Shown here piece after piece: positions 50,607-61,365 of a DNA stretch of 64,000 nt (position 1 is its first letter; every line of letters starts with the position of its first letter). The position numbers were made by a program, and so were the translations under genes. The notes below the pieces were generated by a model. It was not told the origin of the DNA. It saw nothing but the letters and a program-made list of their open reading frames with translations, and did no database searches. This DNA is from Azolla caroliniana (taxonomy: Eukaryota > Plantae > Polypodiophyta), in contig JBHGNT010000004.1 in the NCBI GenBank assembly GCA_043228905.1, positions 15,872,001-15,936,000 of the forward strand. The letters run 5' to 3'.

Positions 50607-53600
50607 AAAATGATAAATCTTGTCTTGTGCAACTCACAAGTATCGAAGGCTCCCTAATACTTGGCAAAGCTAATATTCTTCATAACACATTCTTCTTTAT
50701 CATTCTGAGGAGAGTCTTGAGATGATAGCTAACATGGTACAATGAGTGGTGTGGATATTAGAGAGCATTCAGCCATGTCGAATTTATTCAAGATGTTGTC
50801 CACATACGTTGCTTGTGAAAGTGATAGTATTCCTAGGCTCTGATTCCTCTGGCCCAAGACGTTTGCCAGGAAAATGATGTTGTAGTTCCTTGATCACCTC
50901 TAGTATCTCTTTTTCAGATTCAGTTCCTGCTATGGGTAAGTCATCCACATAAACTTCTAATATGATGAATTCAGATCTTGTCTTCCGTACATATAGGTTT
51001 GGTTCAGGGTAAAGCCGTGTGAAGTTGGCATTGAGCAAGAACTTATGTAGCTTGCCATACCATTGTCTTGGAGAATTTTTTAATCCATACAGTGGCTTGT
51101 GTAGTTTGCATATATAGTCAGGATACTTTTCATTTTCCATCATTTTGGGTTGTTCCATGTTGATAGTTTCTTCTAAATCTCCATGAAGAAATGTTGTTTC
51201 GATATCTACATGATGCACTTCCAAATTTAGGTATGTTGATATTGCAAGAAAAGCCTCAAGTTGCCAATCGGGTTTTGAATTGGGTTGGAGTCCCATGAGC
51301 ATCATTGTTCCTAGTAAAAAGCCATTTGCAACTGACAATGTTGAAGTTAGGCGGTCGAGGGACAAGAGTCCATGTCTTGTTTTTTGTAAGAGCAATTGCC
51401 TCTGTTTGCATAACATCTATCCAAGATTCTTTTTCTTTCCCCCTTTTTTATTGTTTTCTAACGTCTCATCTTTGTTACAACATTCATCATCTGAATCTTC
51501 GTTTTCTAATCTCATGCAGTTTTGGATTGTTGAATTACTAAATAGACCATCTACTCCACTTATTGTATCAGGTTTGCCTCCTTTCTTTTTATGTGGCTTT
51601 GTTGGTTGAACTCGTTCCCTATTATTTGTAGGATCTTTGCTTGTTCCAAACAACCCCATCGGTCAATGATGGTGTAGAGGGCTTCATTGTAGCTTTCATC
51701 TAGTGCTCGACTTGTGTTATCCCCTTCCTTTCTGCATCATCCAACTGCTCATCGAGGTAGGGATCTCCTTCTTCGACCTAGTTGCAGCTTCATGTAAAGA
51801 TTTTCCATGATGGATTTGTTTATAGTATGTCTTGGTTTTGTTGTTGATGTTCATGCCTACTGCACATTTTGCCGTAGAGTCTGATGGTACTAGGTTTGCT
51901 TGGTTTTCTTGACGAGTTCTATGACGTGTCTTGATGGTAAATTGGGGTTCTTCATTAGATTTTCTACAAAATTTATTTTCTTCCTCAAGATTTCCTATTG
52001 AGTCGACTTCTTTGCCCATGCTTGCATCGGTGTGTGGTTGTTTTAAAGTGTCTATTTCTTTTTCCCTTCTGGCTGCCATGTGTGGAAAGATGTCACACGA
52101 GGTGCCCTCCGATGATGAGGTTTCTGATTTTCCAACCTGACCACAAATCACAGATTCTTCATCAAACTTGACAGATCGACTAAACACAACTTTACCTGAC
52201 TGAGGGAGATAAATCTTGTAGGCTTTTACTCCGTATGGGTGTCCATATCCAATAAACCTCCCTTTGGTACAATGATTCTCTAGTGTTGATATGTTCTTTG
52301 ATTGTGTGTAGGTATATGCTATTGCTCCAAAAACTTTGAGATGTGAGGCATCAGGAGATTGGCCATACCATACTGTGAATGGTATAGCTCCATATAGAGT
52401 GCGGTGATGAGTTCTATTTTGCAGATAGCACATTGTTACAACAACATCATCCCAAAATTAGTGGTGCATTTTGCTAGTTGCTAGCATGCTTCTAGCTCCA
52501 TTAAGAAGTGTTTGGTTTTTCCTTTCAGCAAACCTATTTTGTTGAGGCGTGTATGCTATTGACTTTTGATGAAGGATTCCATGTTGTTGGCAAAACTTTT
52601 CCCACTCTTTTGAAATAAATTCCCCTCCATTGTCACGACGGATGACTTTGATTGTATGATTCGTTTGGTTTTCTGTAAGGCTTTTAAATGCTAAAAATGC
52701 TTGTGCCTTATGCTTCAAGAAACTTACTATGAATCTTGTAGTGTTTTCTATGAATGTAATGAAATATTTTGCACCAGACATAGATGGAATAGAAAATGAA
52801 CCACATAGATCAGAATGTACTAATTGTTCTGGCTAAGCAATGCTTGTGCTACTTGGTGAGAATGATTTATGTGACATCTTACGAAACTTATAGTTGGCAG
52901 GCCTCTTATAGATTTTTGTTTCTGACATTCTCGTAGCTCTTGAATATGTATGTATCCAAGCATGCAACGCCACATGTATGTGGAAGAAACATTATCTTGA
53001 TTTGGTTATGACATACCTCTATTTTTCCCGCTACCACAAGATATAGATGGCCTTGCTTGGGACATACTATTGCTTTCCTCTTGCCTTTATGCAGATGTAT
53101 CATTGTTAATCGGTCGACAATTGCTATTTTGCCGACACAGTATAAGATGAACGTTCGAGTTGAACGTTCTATCAAGAAGTTGTGGTAAGACGGATAGATA
53201 CGATTTAGCTGTAAACTTATCGGTAATAACAGACACCGAGATCGTGACTTATGTAATATAGCTTAAATAGAAATAATAGATGACAAGAAGTAATTCGTAC
53301 ACAGATATTTCCTAACAACTTTCTATTACTATATACAACGATAGCTTTTTACAATGCCTTCGGTTCCTTTTATAGGTAACCCGAAGGTCTTTTCTCATCA
53401 AGAAATCCTACTGTTTATACTTAACAAGAATTACAAAATTCCATAACTAACTATGTCCTATTTGGCTATTTGCTAAGTCATTAATCTGAACTGCCGATCC
53501 GACTCTGACTCCGACTCCGAACATCTTTCCTATACCGACACATTCATACTTGTTCGGGTAACACTTGGCACGCCCGTGGGCCAGGACGTTGTCTGGCGAA

Positions 53601-55759
53601 CCCACAGGACCCCTTTACTCCTGCTACTCTGAGGAAAGATCTTCCTCCATCTCCAAATCATCGTCTACGTCGTCCTGCAAAATGTCGAATAATGAGGGTT
53701 CTGCCTCTTGTGTTGCCATGCGTTCCTCATCTTCTTCCTCAGCTTTAGTATCCTCCCCGTTGTTGTTTTCCTGTCAGGTTTCTTCTGTCGATGGGCTTGG
53801 CTTGGCTTCTGTTCCTGCTTCTGGTGCCCCGAGTCCAGGTGTTTTGGTAATTCTTTCGGCTTCGATATTTCTAACTCGAAGGATGTCTCGACATCATGCT
53901 TGTCGAATTCCTGCATGATTCTGTTTATTTCTTCTTTAAAATAAGCCGCCATATCGTATAGGTCGTTAGCAATATCTTCCTGAACTGTGGTCATTGCTTC
54001 TTCCGACATCTTGAGAAAGCCCTTGCCCTGCACCTTCCTATTTTCTCCATCCGCTCTTAATAGCTGAAGCTCTGCAGCTTGTGCCGACCATGTTTGCCAA
54101 CCCTTCTCCAATGATTCATTGACCAATTTTAGGGTGTTAATTCGGTGACGTCTAATAATCTCTTGAACCTTGTCCTGAGTGATTCTAGCCTCAAACTGTG
54201 TTGTTGCCAATGTTTTCCGTAAATCAATGATTACCGCATTGGTCTGTCCTTCTGCCTGCATCAGCTTATCTTGGGCCACTAAGAGGTCAAGTCGTCATTT
54301 TTCAGAGACTGTTTGAATTTCTGGACATCGGTTTTCTAGCTTCGCTTTTTCTTCATTCCAGTTGTTCTGCTACCGATTAATTTTTTTCTTGATTCCGTCT
54401 ATCAGTTTGTCTTTATTCGCCAAATGTGTTGCAAAACAAGTCTCTTGGCTCTTGACATATTCTTCTACTTCCTCGACCTGTTGCCGTGTATTCTCTTGCT
54501 GTTGGGCTAATTGTTGGTGTAAATCTTGTATTGCATTATCCTTTTCCCCTAAACATCTGTCGGCCGTCGTTTTTGCCGACTGTAATTGAATCTCTATTTC
54601 CCTGAACCGGTCCTCATTCTTTCTCGCCTTAATTTCCGCCTCCCTTCGTGCTTGTTCGGCTTGGTACAACCTCTTTTGTAACTCCGAATCCGTCTCCAAA
54701 GGTTGCCTTTGTGGCCCTGGCTGAACTAATTGTTCTCTCGCTTTTTCTAGAGCCCCATGTTCTTCTTGCAGTTTATTCTTCAATTGCTGATTTTCTACCT
54801 GCATTTGTTTGTACTATGCATTAAGCACCTCTACAGTTGTTGTAGCCTGTTTGTATAATTTGGCCATATCCCTGGTTGCCCTGCTAGCCTTTTCATATTC
54901 ACGGTGTCGTGAAGAAAACCGTCCATAGGCGGAATCGGCGCACCTAGGCGTGGGAACCGGTTCTTCACGCGCGCAAGCTCCAAGTTGTACATAGAAGCGA
55001 ATTAGGAGGATAATCGGCAGGAACGGGCCCTAACACAAGTAGAGACAAAGACCGCGCGAACAGTCTTTTCGGTCGCGCGCGCGAGCGAAGGAACTGTACG
55101 AGTCGGCGGCGTAACTACGCGGACGCGTGAAGGACGGAGCGGATCCCTGTCCAAAGGGGACAGGGAATAAAGCTGACATGACGGCCTGCTCGTCGGGCTA
55201 TAAAAAGAGGAGGAAAGAGCTGTTGCAGGCATCTCGCGCGGAGAGGACGAAGTGCTGTCGGACCGTTTCTGGACGCTTCTCTCTCTCTCTGTTTCCTTCC
55301 TTCTTGAGCTCCATAGCTTTCTGTGCAGGGTTCCGAGGAGGCTCGCGCTGTTTCGAGGAACGCCCGAGTGCTTCCGGCAGCACCTCCGACCTGCAAAACC
55401 CCCCCCCGTTCCTCCCTGTTGTGCGTCGAAGCGAACAGGCATCGGCATCTGTTCGCCGGCCTGTTCGGTTGTAACCGACCTGTGCCCCATCGAGGGTTGT
55501 AGTCGTGTTAGCCATTTTGTTAATATACATATTTAGTCATTCGCATCTGTCTGTGTCGGTGTCTGTTCGCGTTCCTCGTGCTGAAGGGCCGTGTCCCTGT
55601 GTATCCCCGGTCCTGTGTAGCCGGTTCTCTCTCTTTCTCCTCCCTCGCTTGCTCTTTGGTTCGAGACCCCCGCGGTCCCGCCTCGATTCCACACGCACTT
55701 GCGAAATATCTCGACATCTTGGTGAACCCGACGTGAAAGAGGCGGCAGAAGAGCAGAAG

Positions 55760-57886
55760 ATGAGGGGGTCGGATCTTGCAGAGGCCATGGCTTCGGCCGT
55801 GGATCGGATTCTAAACGCGCGCGAGGGCACTGGTGCCCTCGACAGAGCTATTGAGGCGGTCGTCGGCACGATCGGCCGGTTCGATGGGAAGGATGCCACG
55901 AAGTATTTGGCGTCCTACGGTGCAGAGATGCTGATGCGGGACATTCCGGAAGAAAGGCGTCTTGCCGGATTTCCCCGAGTGGCGATGCCGAGCATCCATG
56001 CGGAGGTGCTCGAGGTGCGGGCGGAGAGCTGTACCTGGGAGGAGTTCGAAGGTCGGCTCCTAGAGAAATACGGGCTGGACGACGCGCTCCGGCTTTCGAA
56101 GCGAAGGTTCATGGAATGGGTGGAGTCCCCGGGGAAGGGAAGAAACGCGTCGGCGCTCCTCCGGGAGTTCGAGGAAAACTTTGCGGGCCTTTCGGCGCTC
56201 GACCGAACCATCCTGGACACGAGCCGGGTCTTGCTGTTTGTCAAGTCGGTCGACGAGCGGGATCGGGAGCACGTGGGCCTCTTGCTGGAAACTGAAGACG
56301 GGCTCACTACCGACTGGGCGGCTGTCAAGAAAGTCTGTGGCCGTTTCGACAAACGGCGAGAATGGGCGGATAACGGGGCGACCGGGTCGGGCTCGGTCGC
56401 AGCAAGGAAGCTCGAACCAGCGCCACAGGTGCGCAAGGAAGAGACCCGGGAGTGGTTGGAAACCAGTTCGGCTTCGACCGGCGTAGTCAGAGGCTCAACC
56501 GGAGGAGCGGCGCTGGAGGAATTGACGAAGGCGATAAAGGACCTCCAAATCGCGCAGGCCCGAAGGGAAGGAGGCGAACCGGCTCGCGACCGATGGCCGG
56601 CGGCAGGAAACAGGTGCATGTGGTGCGATGAAGTCGGCCACATTCGGAAGGACTGCGGCGACTTCGCGGAGGCGCTGAGGAACAGGGTGGTGTACCTGTG
56701 GGAAGGACGGGTGCATGCCAGCGACACCCGAAGGGCCCTGAGCCGAAACGACGGAAAAGGTGGTATGAAAAGGTTGATGGAAGAGGCGGCGGCCCGACAC
56801 GCGGAAACCGTCCACTACTCGGCGTCGGCCGGCATTCGAGTCGGGGGCGGCGAGGCCCGAAGGGAAAGCAAAGCCGGATTCTGGCCGACGATGCTGGAAG
56901 GCCTTGCCGGTGCGAGGCTAAAAGGGGAGGAATCGGACCGTGCGGAGAAACGGGTACGGGAGATCACCGGGTGGAGCGACCCGGTCGAGGAAAGGACGGG
57001 CTTCGTGGAAGCCGCTTGCCAGAACTACGAGGCTCTGGTAGAAGAGAAGCGGGTGGGGAAACCCGGGACGACCGGGCCCTCACAACGATACGAGACCCGG
57101 TCCGGGCCAAGACGGGACGAAGCCGGCAGGGCCGGTACGCAAGATAAACCCCTGAAGGGCGGGTACCGTCTGGGGACGGAGATAGAAAGGACCACGGACT
57201 TACGAAAGGTCCTGGAGGAGCGGATCCTCGACAGTAAGGTGGAGTTGTCGTTACGAGAGGTGCTGGGAATCGCCAAGAAGGAGTTCCACGACTCCATCGT
57301 GGACTTGGTGAAACGGAAGAGGCTGTCAACGGAGACGGAACCGGAAAGACCGGTGGAAGTGCGGACGACGCACCTAGACGACATGGTGCTGGGAGACGAG
57401 TGGGCGGAAAGCCACTATTCGAGACCACACTGGGCCCGAGCGACCACGGAAACCCCGGTGAAGATCGGCGATGTCCAGGAACCGGTGATAGCTTTGGTGG
57501 ACCACGGATCGGAGATCAATTTGATGTCCATGGACTTCTATAAGAAGGGCAAATGGCCGATCAACACCAAGCACGGGTGGAAAATAAGGGCAGCAACGCG
57601 CGCCACCGAGGAACTGCACGGGGCCTGTCCGAATGTGCGAGTCAAGATCGGCGACGTCGAGATTGACCAGCACTTCTTCGTGCAGGAGACGTCTTCGCAT
57701 CCGGTCATTCTGGGAGAGCCGTACATCACGGCGGCGCGAATGGAGACCAAAGTGCTGGACAATGGTTCGGCCTACGCGAGGGTCAAAAGCCAAGACGGGC
57801 GCCATTCGGTCCAGTTTCTGACGGTACGGCCGAACCACGAACGTAACCGCGATTCCCTCGGTTCCGAAAACCGAGAGGATTTTTAG
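55760..57886 (+). CDS. gag: Gag-protease polyprotein
   Basis: Open frame from ATG 55760; CMWCDEVGHIRKDC knuckle; ALVDHGSEINLM aspartic protease. Confidence 0.93.
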   Translation: MRGSDLAEAMASAVDRILNAREGTGALDRAIEAVVGTIGRFDGKDATKYLASYGAEMLMRDIPEERRLAGFPRVAMPSIHAEVLEVRAESCTWEEFEGRLLEKYGLDDALRLSKRRFMEWVESPGKGRNASALLREFEENFAGLSALDRTILDTSRVLLFVKSVDERDREHVGLLLETEDGLTTDWAAVKKVCGRFDKRREWADNGATGSGSVAARKLEPAPQVRKEETREWLETSSASTGVVRGSTGGAALEELTKAIKDLQIAQARREGGEPARDRWPAAGNRCMWCDEVGHIRKDCGDFAEALRNRVVYLWEGRVHASDTRRALSRNDGKGGMKRLMEEAAARHAETVHYSASAGIRVGGGEARRESKAGFWPTMLEGLAGARLKGEESDRAEKRVREITGWSDPVEERTGFVEAACQNYEALVEEKRVGKPGTTGPSQRYETRSGPRRDEAGRAGTQDKPLKGGYRLGTEIERTTDLRKVLEERILDSKVELSLREVLGIAKKEFHDSIVDLVKRKRLSTETEPERPVEVRTTHLDDMVLGDEWAESHYSRPHWARATTETPVKIGDVQEPVIALVDHGSEINLMSMDFYKKGKWPINTKHGWKIRAATRATEELHGACPNVRVKIGDVEIDQHFFVQETSSHPVILGEPYITAARMETKVLDNGSAYARVKSQDGRHSVQFLTVRPNHERNRDSLGSENREDF

Positions 57887-60800
57887 AGAGGACTGCCAAG
57901 GCGTGGGGCCGCGACAGTCCGGATGCTCGGGAAAAACCCCACAACTGTACGATAAAACCGTGTACAATAGGTAGGAAATTTTGCTTCTCCGACAGCGGAG
58001 CATGTACGATGGTCGGCATCACCGGCCGAGAGAAAACGGAGACGGAGGGGAGACTTCGGGCGTGCGGAGTTCTCGGCCCTGACGAAGGAATCGACGGAGC
58101 CGTGGAGGCAGTCTCCTTCGACGACACCTTGGGAATGTTGAGGAAGGTAGTCGAAGAAGACCTTAGCGAAGACCGGACGATACCGGTATGTTCCGAAGAA
58201 ATGTACGAAGTCATCGCGGACTTCGGTCGAGGGCTCGAGTCGGAACGGACGGCCCGAGTGAGCACCAAGTACAAGACGGTGGACCGGAAGGTGAGGCCGG
58301 TTGCGGCGCCCTTACCGGAGGGCAGTGAATCCCGGATTAAAGGGGTTGCATCGGACCCCAGCTTACGAGATCGGGCCTGCATAGGACACACCTTCACCAA
58401 CGAGACGCTCCGCGAGCTGAAGATCGGTGGGGGCGGGTTCCTACTGCCGGCGGAGGAAGACCGGTTCCGGAGAATGCTCGGAAGGCACGGGAAAGCCTTC
58501 GCATTCTCGCCAGAGGAAATCGGGTGCGTGGACCCGACGATCGTAGAGCCGATGGTGATATTCACGGTACCGCATGTACCGTGGAATCTCAAGCCAATTT
58601 CGGTTCCGAGAGCTCACATCCCGAAGTTGATGGAGCTGTTGAAACAGAAAGTTGATATGGGCATTCTCGAGCCGTCGAGCGCCCCGTATTCAAACCGCTG
58701 GTTTACCGTACCAAAGAAAAACGGATCATTGCGCTTCATTCAGGACCTGCAGCCGGTCAATAGAGTGACCATTCGGAACGCAGGGATCGGACCGACCATA
58801 GACGAGTTCGCGGAGGCCTTCGCCGGAAGGTCGATTTACTCGGTCGGCGATCTATACTCAGGGTACGACCAGTTCCAGCTAGCCGTGGAGAGCAGGGACA
58901 TTACGACGATGCAAACCCCCCTCGGCCTAGTGCGGATGTGTACGCTGCCGCAAGGAGGGACCAACTCGGTGGCCCACATGGTGAATGCGATGAACAAGGT
59001 GCTGAGGGACTGCATCCCGGACATCACCATGCCGTTTCTAGACGACATCCCGATCAAGGGATGCCCGGTAGAAGAGAAGGACGAGACGGTCGGGCCGGAC
59101 GGATGCCGGCGATTCGTGATGGCGCACATCGACGACTGCGAGAAGGTGCTGCAAAGGCTAGAGGATGCGAGGCTCACCTTCTCGGGGGAGAAATCAGCCT
59201 TCGGGCAGTCGGAAATCATGGTGGTCGGACACTTATGTGGGCCATATGGCCGGAAACCGTCTCCGGCAAAGGTAGAAGCCATCTCCGCGATGAAGCCCGA
59301 CTGCAGCTCGGTCACGGAAGTACGAAGATTCCTGGGGGCATGCGCATTCTACCACATATGGATCCCGCATTACGCCCACGTTGCGGAGCCGCTATACGAG
59401 TTATTGAGGAAAGGGCGAAGATTCGAATGGCTAGACAAGCACGCGGAGTCGGTCCGGAAGCTGAAGGAGGCTCTTTCGGCAGCACCGGCGCTCAAAAGGG
59501 CCGTCTACAGGAAGGGCACCCCAGTGTACATAACGGTTGACACGAGTCCGACCGGAATCGGATGGGTCGTCAACCAAGAAGACGAGGACGGCAATCGGTT
59601 TCCGATCCGGTTCGGCGCGAAGGTCCTCAGCGAACGGCAGCGAGGATACGCCCAGGTTAAACGCGAACTCTGGGGTATCGTTTCGGCGGTGAAAGCCGAC
59701 AAGGACTATCTGATCGGGACAGAGGTAGTCATAGAGACGGATTGCATGCCGATTCTCGGCATGATTTCCGGATGCGCGACGCCGGACCTGGCAATGCTCA
59801 GGTGGATAGCGTACATCAAGTCCCTGGACCCGGAAATACGACACATTTCCGGGAAAGACAACGCCATGGCCGACATGCTTTCAAGGGCGGGATTCGATGA
59901 CGAGGGCGGCATGGTTTCGGAGGACGAAGAGGTCGGCGTGGACTTCTTCGAGACTGCGTATGTAACAACCGACGGAACAAGCACTCCGGCGCTTAACGAC
60001 TTCGACGCGAGCAAGTACGACGGGGAGTGGCTGCAGATCGGTGGGTTTTTGAAGACAATGACGCCCGATGCGTCATGGACGAAGGACGAGGCCAACCGGA
60101 TCCGGAAGAAAGCGTACCGATTCTTTCTCCGGGATGGATACTTGTGGAAGCACCCGAAGAGGAGGAACGGCGTCCCGCTCCGGGTAGTGGCAATGAAGGA
60201 AGATCAGGAGGAGCTGCTAGCGGCCTACCACGACAGCCCTTGGGCTGGACACCGTGGAACATGGGCTACGTTTGAGAAACTGAAGGGGAAGTATTGGTGG
60301 CCGGGGCAGTACCGGGACGTGCATCGGTTCGTAACAACTTGCGAGAGCTGTCAGATGCACTCCATAGTCCGACATCGGGACGAGCTTCACCCCACGTACC
60401 CTCCGACCATCCACTTCAAATGGATGGTAGATCTGGTGACGATGCCAATGGGGGTAGGACAGATGCGGTACCTGGTCCTAGCGCGGGAGGATCTGACGAA
60501 CCAGGTGGAAGGCCGGGCCCTTCCGAACAAAACGACCGCGGCCGTATGCCGGTTCCTAATCGAGGACGTGATATGCCGGTACGGGTGCGTCGGGAAGATC
60601 GTGGCTGACCGAGGGGAGTTGGACGCCGAAGAAGCCGCGGAGCTGTTCGACCGGCTGGGAGTCAAGCTCTCGCTCACCACTGTGTACAATCCGGAGGCGA
60701 ATGGGAAGGTGGAGCGCGGACACGGACCGATCGTCAAGGCGTTGGTCCGGGCATGCGGAGGCCGAGTCGGTGACTGGCCGCGGCTGCTACCTTATGCTTT

Positions 60801-61365
60801 GTGGGCAGACCGGACCACGCACAGTTCGGTAACCGGGTACATGCCGACGGAGCTCATGTTCGGCCAGAAGCCGATCATGCCGATGGAACGGACGATCTCC
60901 TCGTGGGCAACGGTCGACTGGAGGGACGAGATGAGCCGGGAGGAGTTGTTGGCCGCGCGCATACGACAGCTCGAGCGGAGACCGGAGGACGTGGAACTGG
61001 CTGCGGAGAAGCTCCGGGTGGCGAGGAAAAAGAACAAAGCCAGGTTCGACCGAACGCACCGGCTCCGACCGAAGAAAATCGAAGAAGGTGACTGGGTGCT
61101 CGTCTACGACAGCAGCCTCGACAACCAGCACCGAGCCACACGGAAGTTCGCACGAAGGTGGTTCGGGCCTTACGTGGTACGGAGCGCCAATGACAACGGG
61201 ACATATCACCTGGCGGAACTTGACGGCACGAGAGTGGCGATACCGGTTGCAGGGAAGCGGATCAAAGCGTTCAAGAAGCGACATGACGACGAGCCAGACC
61301 CGGCTCTTCTAGTCAGCAGTGACGAACGATCCGAAAACGAGGAAGAACCGACGGGCGAGGAATGA
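57847..61365 (+). CDS. pol: Pol (RT-RNase H-integrase), probably expressed by -1 frameshift at 57877-57883
   Basis: Frame open from 57847; FLDD RT, ITVDTS/ETDC RNase H, HHCC plus DDE integrase, GPY motif; no stops. Confidence 0.95.
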   Translation, partial: PRFPRFRKPRGFLERTAKAWGRDSPDAREKPHNCTIKPCTIGRKFCFSDSGACTMVGITGREKTETEGRLRACGVLGPDEGIDGAVEAVSFDDTLGMLRKVVEEDLSEDRTIPVCSEEMYEVIADFGRGLESERTARVSTKYKTVDRKVRPVAAPLPEGSESRIKGVASDPSLRDRACIGHTFTNETLRELKIGGGGFLLPAEEDRFRRMLGRHGKAFAFSPEEIGCVDPTIVEPMVIFTVPHVPWNLKPISVPRAHIPKLMELLKQKVDMGILEPSSAPYSNRWFTVPKKNGSLRFIQDLQPVNRVTIRNAGIGPTIDEFAEAFAGRSIYSVGDLYSGYDQFQLAVESRDITTMQTPLGLVRMCTLPQGGTNSVAHMVNAMNKVLRDCIPDITMPFLDDIPIKGCPVEEKDETVGPDGCRRFVMAHIDDCEKVLQRLEDARLTFSGEKSAFGQSEIMVVGHLCGPYGRKPSPAKVEAISAMKPDCSSVTEVRRFLGACAFYHIWIPHYAHVAEPLYELLRKGRRFEWLDKHAESVRKLKEALSAAPALKRAVYRKGTPVYITVDTSPTGIGWVVNQEDEDGNRFPIRFGAKVLSERQRGYAQVKRELWGIVSAVKADKDYLIGTEVVIETDCMPILGMISGCATPDLAMLRWIAYIKSLDPEIRHISGKDNAMADMLSRAGFDDEGGMVSEDEEVGVDFFETAYVTTDGTSTPALNDFDASKYDGEWLQIGGFLKTMTPDASWTKDEANRIRKKAYRFFLRDGYLWKHPKRRNGVPLRVVAMKEDQEELLAAYHDSPWAGHRGTWATFEKLKGKYWWPGQYRDVHRFVTTCESCQMHSIVRHRDELHPTYPPTIHFKWMVDLVTMPMGVGQMRYLVLAREDLTNQVEGRALPNKTTAAVCRFLIEDVICRYGCVGKIVADRGELDAEEAAELFDRLGVKLSLTTVYNPEANGKVERGHGPIVKALVRACGGRVGDWPRLLPYALWADRTTHSSVTGYMPTELMFGQKPIMPMERTISSWATVDWRDEMSREELLAARIRQLERRPEDVELAAEKLRVARKKNKARFDRTHRLRPKKIEEGDWVLVYDSSLDNQHRATRKFARRWFGPYVVRSANDNGTYHLAELDGTRVAIPVAGKRIKAFKKRHDDEPDPALLVSSDERSENEEEPTGEE

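Larger units (their letters stand above)
44731..53103 (-). mobile_element. Old Ty1/copia element D (different lineage); 3' LTR ~44731-44969; 5' part lies beyond the Tat-like insertion
   Basis: PPT (C)n at 44970; RNase H (KQATVTLSSTEAEY) 45044-45600; RT (VYVDD) 50607-51400; integrase (RRDNGGEF) 51700-53100. Confidence 0.82.

Noticed and set aside
55658-55668. B-box GGTTCGAGACC in the young gypsy LTR
   Set aside because: No convincing A-box, lies in U5 rather than U3, and could be chance in GC-rich sequence
55505-55759. N-terminal 85 aa of the 793-aa ORF
   Set aside because: Lies in the LTR and PBS; the first ATG after the PBS is at 55760
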